Shown one piece after another: positions 1 through 11,400 of a stretch of 64,000 nucleotides of DNA (its first letter is position 1; each line of letters starts with the position of its first letter). The position numbers and the translations under genes are program-made. The stretch spans positions 40,492,401 through 40,556,400 of the forward strand of contig CM120641.1 of NCBI GenBank assembly GCA_051362555.1, written 5' to 3'. This DNA comes from Lingula anatina. Taxonomy: Eukaryota > Animalia > Brachiopoda. Under the pieces are notes generated by a model. That model worked only from the letters and a program-made list of their open reading frames with translations, made no database searches and was not told the origin of the DNA.

Positions 1-87
1 GAAGTATAATTATCTCGAAATTGTAAACAAATGTGTTATAACTGAAAAAACTCCTGACTGAGTTCTGAGAGGGAGAAATAAACAAAC

Positions 88-261
88 CTTTTGTAATTCA
101 GCTCGACAAATAGCACAATAGTTCTGCTGGCACAAGACCCTCATTCGGGTAGCACATTTGAAACACACAGGATGATTACATTTTCCAATCGCAAAATACT
201 TGATCTCTTCGTTACAGAGAGGACAAACGTCCTGGGTATTATCCGTGATCTTTGAAGACAT
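88..261 (-). CDS. ZNF598: E3 ubiquitin ligase ZNF598/Hel2 (ribosome-collision sensor), first coding exon; rest of gene lies left of the window
   Basis: Translates to MSSKITDNTQDVCPLCNEEIKYFAIGKCNHPVCFKCATRMRVLCQQNYCAICRAELQK, the ZNF598-type RING (CxxC..G.C.H.VC..C..RMRVLC....CA.CR). Donor AAG|GTTTGT at 87. Confidence 0.88.
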
Positions 262-587
262 GATCCTGAATGCCGTTTTCTAATCAATTAAATATTAATC
301 TTTCTGTGTACTGCGAAGTAAAACCGTCTGCTAGCTAGTGGATATGTAACATAGAGCATGGCGCCGAGATATAAATACCCGGATGTTGGTGGCTAGTGGT
401 GCAATATTTCCGCACACGTCATCAAATGATTGTGTTATCTGTGATAAATGAAAGTGTGAAAAAAGTAAGAATTATCAGTTTGAATAAAATGAATGGGAAA
501 TATTTTACATTGTTGTGTGATATTTATGGCAGAAATTTTATGAATGATCATTCAAATAAATGTCATATTTTACACCAACCTAACTTT

Positions 588-595
588 TGACGTCA
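588..595. promoter_or_regulatory. Perfect CRE palindrome TGACGTCA in the ZNF598/synaptogyrin divergent interval
   Basis: TGACGTCA at 588-595, 45 nt upstream of the synaptogyrin ATG, within the 379-bp gap between the two start codons. Function inferred. Confidence 0.4.
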
Positions 596-640
596 CCAGC
601 ACATGATATCTTTGTGAGAGCTAAATTTAGAAGTTTCAAG

Positions 641-3600
641 ATGGAAGGCCAAGCTTATGGAGCAGGGATGGCTGGTGGCTCGTTTGATGCCATAGCTTTT
701 ATCAAGAAACCAAGTGTGATTCTTAGACTATTTAGTTTGGTAAGTGTGTCTGAGCTGCATGAAATTGAGATATATTTATACTTTTTGCAATCTCCATGTT
801 AAATAATTGCAGAAGTCATGGCCCTGGTTTGCGTGGTCTTGCAAAGACTGCAATTTCTAGATGGTGGATCTATGCGCAATTTGAACAACGAAAGTTAGCA
901 TTTCGAGGTGATCAATAATTGGAGTAAAATTTTGTACTAGGTGTTGATTCTATGCCTTTACTTTCACCAGAACTTATGACATAGTCTTGGTTTCAAATGG
1001 CAATTAATGGATATAATTATATAGAATATTTATTTCAATAAAATCAATATCACCTGTATTTGTGAAATGAAAAGGATGACATTGTACTTATTGCTGTCCA
1101 TTAATATTAACGTCATATTTTGTTAGTCATCATATTCTGTTGTTTTGCTTTGTATTTATTAGTGTTGACTTTTACATTTTGTTTCATTTTGGTTTTTGTT
1201 TCATACTAGTAGCTTCCTTTCCCATTGCCCTTGAGCCAAGGATAGATATAAGAAGCAATTACATTTATGAGTCCCAATGTTATAGTTATGCATATTGTAC
1301 TCATAACATATGTGCACATATGAACAAATGGGAATTGCATTGAGTAGGTAAATAAAAATCAACATTTGGTCTGTTTTCATGTCAAATTGTGAGAAGTACA
1401 GTACATAAAAAAGTGCATAGCGATACTACATGCCTTGGCTTTCTTTGTCCCAAATGTGCCCATAAAATATAGCACAGGTCCTGAGCTGAATTGAATGCCC
1501 TGATTTCTTTGTGCATTTAGTGAGCATATATCAATGCACAATGAAATTAGGAATTCAAGTATACTTGCATATATATACATGCCATATTGGGGCACATTTG
1601 GGAAAAAGAAAGTCAAGATATATGCACATGTTGTTCTTCTGTGCATACATTATTTTGTATGTACTTCTACAAATAGAGACAAAATGACACTTCTTACTGA
1701 TCAATTCAACATACTTTTGGTTTGGGACCCCCCCCCCCTCCAAGCATGTACATGTATTTCATAAGTTTGATTATGATAGCAATGTACATATATATGCTAG
1801 AATAATTGTGTGTTTGTCATCTCTTGTAGCTGTTCTCCATAATTGTGTTTGGCTGTATATCAAGTCCAGTGGGAGGCTACTATGAGGGGCAATGTGTGTA
1901 CAACAATGATCCAAATGCTTGTAACTATGGCATTGCAATAGGAGTTATTGCCTTCATGGCCTGCATTGTTTTCCTTATATTGGAAGCTTTGTTTGAAAAC
2001 CTAAGCAGTGTCCAACAGAGAAAGATGGTTGTCATGGCAGATATGGCATTTTCAGGTAAGACATGTTAAATCAACTCATATGTTAGCAAAAATAATTTAG
2101 AAATAAGTCAGAGCAGAATGATATCAATCTTAGAATAATTAAACACAGCTTATTTGATGGGTGTGTGTTTGAATACATCATACATTATATTGTGTTTACC
2201 TGTTTTTCACATACAGGCTTCTGGACATTCCTGTGGTTTGTTGGCTTCTGTTATCTGACCAACCAGTGGAGTAAATCTAACCATCCAGATACAGTCAATG
2301 TCAGCAATCCACAGGCAGCCATTGCATTCTCTTTCTTCTCCATAGGAACTTGGGTAAGTTTTGAAATGTTTCTATAGTTTGAACACTCTACAGAAATTGT
2401 CTGCTAAATTTTTGAGTAAGTGAAAAGGGATGCTGGAAGACAGGTAGGAAAAACTACTTTATTTGAGCCATTTAGAAGGTTTAAGGTTATTAAGTGCCTG
2501 TAAATACCTAGTAATGCATAAAATACCTGTGCAATTGCATGTTCATATAGGTCCCATTTCTAATGGGTACAAATGTGTTGAAATTGAAGTAATTCATCTA
2601 ATACTGACATGCTTTCAATATGTATCTAAAAAGATGCCAGTGATACTGAATCATAAGATTAATTCAGTTTTAGCATTCAGAGTGCAGTGGCTATTCTAAG
2701 CAATATAAAATGTCATCTTGTAGTTTGTAATAAATACTACTTTTAACGGACTGATGCTCTGTTTTGTCCATAGAAGCCTGATTGATTGACAACTCCTGTA
2801 CAATCAAAACTTAAAGAATGCAAGGTTTCCATTAATGTGTCCCAAGGGACTGGTCAATAAGAAAGATTGGTTGTTGCAGCATTTAGACTTGTAAAACCAT
2901 TATTGGAAATTATGCTCAGACAGCTTTCTGCTCCCTTAAAAAAAAGAAAGAATTAAAATTGTCATATAAATTTGGCCTAATCTTGTGTCAAATGTCATAA
3001 TGAATCAAAATAAAAATGTTGTTTTTATTTAGGTCAAGTAGTGGAGTTGATTCGATAGATTTTATATAAGAGTAAATGGAATTTATTTATAGTATATTGA
3101 TTTTTTTGCTCTCAAGTGAATTCAGTGTAGCTGTAAAGATTTTTCTAAAACTAAAAGATCTTGGTTCATGCTGTTTATTTATTTATTTCCTTCATTAATT
3201 TTCTTAGGAAGATGATTACTGATGAAATGATAATACTAGAAAAGTTCATCCTTCCATGTTTAATTGACATTGTAAAGCACTTAATACTAAGGCTGCATTT
3301 TACAACACACAATACAACGGTTACTTCCAGATCAGAAAGTAAATATATGATGATGGCTTAAGTTAACAGTGCAAGTAATATCAATTAATTTATGTCCTAC
3401 CAGACAGAAGTGAGAATATTAAATATTAGCTTGCTATTTAACAGAGTTGTAAATGTTGCTTCCCAGTGGCAATTTCCTTATAAGTATGAAAATATCACTA
3501 CAGTATTCAATTATGTAAGTTCATTTGCTGGCAAACTTTACATTCTCTGTTACAAGAAATTATGAATGTTTGTTATCCTAGTTAACAAACACTTCAGTGC

Positions 3601-5135
3601 ATACTTGAGTTGAAGATTTCTCGGTGCTGTAGCATTTGTGGGCATAATTGTAAGAAAGGAGCTAGATCAATGCTTGCATATTGATTGACAACCACTCTAT
3701 ATCACATTGATTGGGTTGAGGTCAGTGTGTTGACTTTCAGTCACAGGCAGTTTGACAGTACTATTGCAACATAATAACTCATTGATTTTGTATTGCACCA
3801 TTGGAGCTATATTAAATGCTTCTTTTCATTTGTCACCACTTCACTGATGCAGGCTTTGAGATCATGGTGTTCAATATTTTATATTAAAAGATTCATGTCA
3901 TGACAGGTGCATCATGTGTTTACAGTTCCAATAATTCTTTAATGAGTTTCATATATAGAGCTGCGGATATAATAAACAATATATGGATTTTGTTAATAAA
4001 GAAAGCTTAAACACAACATTCATGGAAGAAATCATAACTCACAAAAATTATGAATTAGGTTATACCTATGACATTTTGAAATGATTGGTGCCTAACTGGT
4101 TTAAGTGATTGATGATATATTTAAAATTGTTTTTGAAGAGTATTGATCCTTTTGTTTCACACATCTCAGTGTCTGAGTAAGTGTGTTATCCTATTTGCTG
4201 TTTTCCCCGTCTACTTCAACATGTATTAAATAAACTGTACTTCTCATTTTATTGAATACACTTCTGTTGTAGGAGTTAAAATTATTTAACAGAAAAAATG
4301 TTAACAGTATTTAAAAAACGGCAGTTTTACGTCTTGTTACTAGGTCAACTTTTGGGATTTAATGATTAATTTATTGGCTTACTAGTATTGTATATATATG
4401 GTGTTTGTTATCAAGGACACAAAAGCAGACTGTTTTGTCAGTAATCGAGGAAACTGATAACCTGTTTATTCTTGATGAAAGACAAAGAGAACTTAAGATA
4501 ATTATTAACTTATATCAAATAATAAGCTTTATCTGTTACTTGTATTACAGCTGTTGAAAAAGTTATTTTTATTTTTGAAGTTAATTGGGCTTTTAACAAA
4601 GATATCAAGGGAGGGGGGCTAAGAGTTTGCCCTATCCTATAAGGGGAGGAACAATACTATGAGTACCATAAAAAAGTTTGTAATGGTAATTGGTGTAATT
4701 TGCCCTAAAACTGCACTAATTTTTATTTTATATTTTCTTCCTCTACTCCTATTTTCTTGGTTTACTCTCTATGCAAGTTAACAATATAGTATATATATAG
4801 ACCATATATATATATTTACCTGTTTGAATGTCCTTGTGGAGACTACACATCACTTGCATTTACAAGTTGAATACGTACTTGATAGATGAGAAAATATGTG
4901 GGTGTAATCTTGAAGTTATACATTTCAGGCTGGTCTGACTGTCCTTGCCGTGATGAAGTACCGTCAAGGTGTGTCTGACATGTTCTCCTCTGGCTATGGA
5001 GACCCCAGTAATGTTGGCTCTTCACCTTACCCCAGCTACCCAGGGGACAATGATCCATACCAAGAACCCCCCTTTAGTGGCCCCCCACCCCAGAGTCAAG
5101 GGGGTACCGACCAGTACACCCCCCCTACATACTAA
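641..5135 (+). CDS. SYNGR: Synaptogyrin (MARVEL domain), 4 exons, 222 aa
   Basis: Exons 641-739, 1830-2055, 2217-2353, 4929-5135, all GT-AG and frame-consistent (669 nt). Motifs MEGQAYGAGMAGGSFD, CVYNNDPNACNYG, FWTFLWFVGFCYLTNQW, AAIAFSFFSIGTW, and a Pro/Tyr-rich tail ending YTPPTY. Confidence 0.93.
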
Positions 5136-8100
5136 ACTTAGGGCGTAGAGCTTACCAAGCAATGGAAAGATATGGCACAAGATGTTAGACAGTTCGTATC
5201 ATAAAAAAGATGGCTGTGTAGTTTTTGATAGTAATGAAGCATGGATATCATGGATTGTGTAAAGTGTATAACCAGTTTTCAGCAGTCTTCATCAGAATAT
5301 GATCTTATGGTTGTGTCTTATGATTAATTTATTATTCTTTGAAATAGGAAAGTGATTTATTTGAATAACTTGCAGTGTGTGTAATGCCTTGCCTACTGCA
5401 AAGTATTTGTGTAATGTGTTGGCTGGGCTGATTTATTCAGAAATTTTTACTTTTGTAGCTTTATGTTTCAACCATATTAGCCCACCATGTAAAATGTTCG
5501 AAAACTGCTGCACAAGTTGCTATGTACTGTTTGTACATTGTCTTGGTGTAAAATGGCTACTGGAGTTATAGCTTCCAATATCTATTCATCATAATATTTA
5601 CATTTTTTAATACTTTGTCATTAGTTGTGTTCTGTATTATTACCAGAATATATATATGTGGTCACCATTTGGCTATCCAATAAAGGTAAAACATGAAAAA
5701 GACTATGTTTAGAATGACCTATCTGTTAATTCAAAAAGAGTTCCCCTTCTTCAGATTGTTTTTAATCTGAATATTTAATGAATACTAATATACGGAATAC
5801 TTATTATATCACACTTTGATTGTTAATCAATTGTTTTCTTTATATTGTTAGGGAGTTAAGTTTTGATTTTTTATACATCATTGTGTGCGATTGGTTTTGC
5901 TGGTCTAAGTAGAGTACAAACTTACAAAATGAAATACACTGTGAATGTCTTAAAATTAGTTGTGTTAGTACATTGTAGAGTTGGATATTTAATTGAAACT
6001 AGTATGGCCAAAGATAAAGTCATGGAGAGTTGTCATGTACATGTTATAGCAAACAGTGGGTATAAAGAAGTGGTTGTAAGTTGTAACGGTGTGGATGTTA
6101 TGTATTGTGTATAATTATAGGTTTATGGACATTTCCTGTTCACCATTTGCCATAGATGTTTGTAAATAAAATGTACAATTTCTGGGACTTTTTTCCTTTT
6201 GTGTCTGTGACACCCTTTTCAAGTAATGAATTGATACGGTCTTCAGTTTTACCTTGATTTTTGCATAGCTTTTGAAGCTTTATTTTATACTTTCTTCTTA
6301 ACAACAAGAGTTGAATGGGAAACCTTTTGTGTGTTTAAGTTTGTATTTTTCTGCTAGATATATAGTTAACATTCCTTGACTGCAGCATTGGCACACTGAT
6401 GTTCTTTTTGCTAAATTTAGATGCACTTAACCACTTATTGCAAACTGGAATCACAGCTGGAATATGAGGATATTTACTGTCTTCTCAATTATGAAATTGT
6501 TTGCAAAAAAGTAAGTGATATAGTATGCCATATCAGTCAGTTAATTTGAACTTGTGCTTGTACTTTTCTGCACTGTATTTATTAATAATAAGTTTATGAA
6601 AAAAGTTGACTTTTTGACGATTGTAATTCAAGGATGATCTATTTTTACTTTTCTATATGAAAAAATTTCCTTCTCATTTCCAATAAATCAATGCACCATC
6701 AATGGTACACTTGTTTCTCTTATAATGATGACATCTACCCAGTTGAGAGAGAACCATGAGAACTGAAGGTCATATGACACATTTCTCAGAATTATCCATA
6801 ATTTGCAGGTGAAAGTGGATGCCACATTCTGCTGTTGGTTTAAGATCCACTATAAAAGTGTAATGCTCGATTGCTCATTTAATTTTAGTGGATAAATGTC
6901 ATTTGTATCAGTGCTGCAAATTATCAAAGTTGTATGCAACATGTTATATTTAGAGAGGTATGGTATGTACATTTCAAAAAAGAAATGCTTGAATAAATGG
7001 CTACTGAACAACTTTCGTATTTTTCATAAAAAGAGGGCTGCCATTTGCAAAACTGACTGAAACGGACTCCAAAACTGTTGTGATTTCTTTATTCAACAGC
7101 CATGGCTGTTTTAGTGGCTGAAAACAAGATCAAATGCAAAGACTTGCAACAGGAAAGGAATAAGAATCTATACAGTGCATGATGCTATAGTGGCCATTTA
7201 TATTCACATTTCACTGGCAGAGATTTTAAGATCAATGGCAGTTGCATAACTCTTGCTACAAATCCTGAGCGTACTTGAATCAAAATGCAATAGACTTGGA
7301 GAGAAAAGCTGCATCAGTAAGACTTATAGTAAAATGCATAAAAATACAATAACAAATGTGAAATTGTAATTGAGTAAAATAGCAACAACTAAATGTCAAG
7401 TATGATATGCAGCATACAGCACTTAAGTCTGCAGATTTATAGAGAGATTTGGTCCCCAAACAGCATCAAACTGTGTGGTGCATATACCCTGCATAATAAG
7501 GAAGGCCATAAAAGTTAACATCTTTAAAATACCTTGTAATATGTTGTACTCACATGCTGCTAAGATAGTAAGAACATTTTAAAGTCAATGCCCGGACTTC
7601 ATACAAAGCATGTGAAAATATATTCTTCTAATAAATTTATGGATTTCAAGCATATGTACAATAGATCTCTTTAAATAAGCAGCTGTTTTTACAAAAACAT
7701 ATTTACATTACAATATAGGTGTAACAATGGTCGAAGTTATTTGCAAAATTATCAATCGATTTGTATTATTCTTTAAACATTTTAACCATGCAAAATTGGA
7801 AAATTATCTTTGAGTTCACTTCTTAAGCCTGATTTACTGTTCATTACTTCCAATTAATTAGTCATTAATCGTTACTTTCATATATAACTTACCCCTCTAT
7901 TTGATAGAATCAAATACACTAAATTAACAAAAAATTATCAATTAGCTACTTCAACAGAAACAAGTACAGTGAACCCTGTATGTGGCTTTTACCAATATAT
8001 CTGCAGTTTACCTGAAAATTTGAACATTTTTCATCCGTAATTTTTAATGCACTACACATATATGTAAAAGCATTGGTCATTTAACAACAATCACAACCAA

Positions 8101-8457
8101 GACAATCACAACAAACACATCCCAGCGAGCAGCCTGGAAGTGATCATCATGAATGCATCCACTTGGACAGCTTAGATCCCATCCATCAAGGACAACTCTA
8201 TATCCATAATACTGATAACTCCATTTTTCTAAAACACCTTGAAAGACAGTATTCCAATTTAGCATTCCAACATCAAAATGATCTGTACAAGGAAGAAATC
8301 TTCTATTAGCGTCCGTTGTTGAATAGTCTCCTTAATGTATTTTCTCTCAGTTATCTAACCATTCAAGGAAACCAACCCATTTTTCTTCTGTCTCTAATGA
8401 AACTGGAGGACCCTATGCAACTCCGGCAAATATAAATGAAAATAATTGGACTTGTCA

Positions 8458-11400
8458 TCATAATAAAGAAGCTGCCTCCAAGTTTTCTCTGACAATTGTG
8501 TCCATGACAACCTGAAACACCACCTGAATGTTGCTAGTGTCTGTTGCTGTGGTAAAATGGGGATATATCACCTTCCCCTGGTGTTTGTTCTGGATCTGGT
8601 ACATGTGCTGTATAAAGCGTGCTGCTCGGTCCACATCACAGTCAGGGCCTACAGATATTATATATATTATCAGATAGTTTTGTACTTGACAAATGCACGC
8701 CTCACATATGAATACTGTAATTAATGACTTAAGAATCTGAACACGATAGAATCAAACTTTTTATTGTTAAATTATTTTCTTCTAAAATAAAGTTAAATAT
8801 ATCAAAACATTGTGTATTCACTTCAATATTCACTGCAATAGTTTACAGATATCTAGAATTCTTTAAAACACACGGAAATCAAAATGATGTGTTTACTACA
8901 TGGGAAACCAATTTTAAAAATAGTTATATGTACAGAGTAAGGGTAATAATTCCAGACAGAAAGTCTCACCTGTATATTCTGGGAAGTAGTACCTCATGTG
9001 TCTTCCTGAGTTGAGTATTTTCTCTTGAAACAAGTCAAGTTTGTTCATGAATAAAATCTAAAAACAGAAAGAAATTATTTCATACTCACCCAACTGTTTT
9101 TTTTTTCAAAAGCAGATTATAAATTATAACCACATCCACAGATTAATTATTATTATAGGGGTGCTCTGATAAAATTAATTCTTTTTGTGAAAGCTGCATA
9201 TTGAGAAAGTGAAATGTAAATTTTTTATCTACACTCTTTGAGGTTTAAAAGAGGTATGCAAATCATATATCAATAAAACTGTTCAGATATTCAGATAACA
9301 ATGCATTCAAAGTTTTTTGACAACTTACTATAGAGGTCTCTAAGAAGAACCTGTTGTTGCATATTGAACTGAATAACTTCAAGCTTTCCCTTAACCGATT
9401 CTGAAAAACATTTTCATTTATTTTAAAATCAACAATTTCCCATTTATAATTTCTCTTCTTGTAACACCTCATTTTAAATAGGATTTCAATTAATCAGTGA
9501 CCATATGAGATGATGTTAAAACTGAAAAGTAGTGTCTGAGCAATGGTTTACTCAAAAACAGCAAAATTAACTCACCACCGAAGGATCTTCATAGAGTGTC
9601 ATATCATATCCACTTAATGATACAACAAAAAGAATGGCGCGAACATCATCAAAGCACTGTATCCATTTACGACGTTCTGACCTCTGACCACCAACATCAA
9701 ACAACCTAGCAGCCAAAGAAAGTCATGGAGTTACTATTTTAACAGAAATATTCTTTCACAGTACTGCATTAATATAACTATATCTGAATACTTGCCAATA
9801 GTAAAACAGTAATAAAAGAGATCAAACATCCAAGCCAAACTGGAGAAAAAGATGCTTATTTTTCACGATGATTCATATAAACAACTGCTAGTATACATGG
9901 CCCATACATCTTCAAATGTATTTCCTGCAAAATTTTTACCGTCCATTCTATATTGTGATCAAACATACAATACTGCTTACACAAAAAAGATAAAAATTTG
10001 TGCATAGATTTTTTACAACCATAAAAAACAAAATAAGTGTAACTGTACAGTAATTGTGCCTTTAAGCCAACAATAAAATCAGAAATAACATCGTTATTTC
10101 ACACATTAGCAAAACAATCACAGCATAATCCAACCACAAGAACAACTACAACAACTACCTGAAGATGACATCATTAATCTTGAAACAAGTCTCAATTATC
10201 CCCGTAGTGCGCACCCTGGCACGCAACACATCTTTGGATGTTGGAGAATAGTTATCTGAATTTAACCTGTCCATGTTTTCAAAAAAGCTGTGAAAAAGAA
10301 CACACAGGGATAAAGAGAATAAATCAAACCAAACAAAACGCAGACATGTGTTTTTGTTAGTAGTGCCAGGGTTATGACCTTCACACTTCAAAGCTTAGCA
10401 AGCCAGCAAAAATCAGGAAGATAACAACTCCTACACACAATTGCACAGTTAAAAAGAGAATTTCTAATATGAGGATGTTTGTTCCGGAATGTTCTCACTT
10501 TCATTTTTCCTCCACAGTACACAGAGAAAAATATTAGCATTTCTCTCAAAAAAAATTTTTTTTGAAAAATTTTAAAAATCAAGAAAGCAAACTGTAGTTG
10601 GTATATTGAGTCCCTATTATTTTCAAAATCAGTTAACATGTGACTATATTTTAGTGTAGAAGTTATTCCCTTCACAAACCACATCTAATCATGTTTAAAA
10701 GGGGTTAGGTAGTACCTGAAGATGAAATCATTAATCTTGAAGCAAGTCTCAATTATACCCGTGGTTCGCACCCTTGCCCTCAACACATCCAGGGCAGACG
10801 GAGAGAAGTTCTCTGAACTTATTCTCTCCATGTTTTCAAAATAGCTGTAAGTGAATAAGAAAGAGTTGGTATGTTATATGAATTACTAGATGGCCTTACC
10901 AAAATGGGCACAGGGTGACAATCTGATTAAAAAGAATTCAAAAGAAGATTTCACCTACTGAACCCCACATCCAAATATAGCACAAGATTTGAATTCAATT
11001 TGCCTGGTGACTAATTCATAGGGGTTGTGAATCATCATGCTGAAATACTAAATTTGAGGACAGAATTTTACTTTAATGTGTTCCTTATGTTTGAAATATG
11101 AATTCAATCACCTGGCTAATTGAAAAGTAATATTCATGCAGAGTTATCCATTATTTGTAGATGTTAAGTTTTAAATGCTAATTATTATTAGAATTACCAT
11201 GCCATTTTAAAGCGTAGCAGGAATGATTTTTCCCACACTAAAGTGGACAAACATTTTGAAATCAAACATAAAATATCATTTGATGCTGTTGACATATGCT
11301 CAAGATACACAAAATCCAAATCCAACTCAAATAATCACTTTTACTTTATCTAGGAACCTAATACTACTGTCAATGTACACATGCTGGGTAAAGGAAGATA

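Noticed and set aside
10288-10715. Steric-interference model using CCTAAC next to the 5A donor as the branch point for 5B
   Set aside because: Several AG dinucleotides lie between it and the 5B acceptor, and a better TACTAAC exists at 10356-10362.
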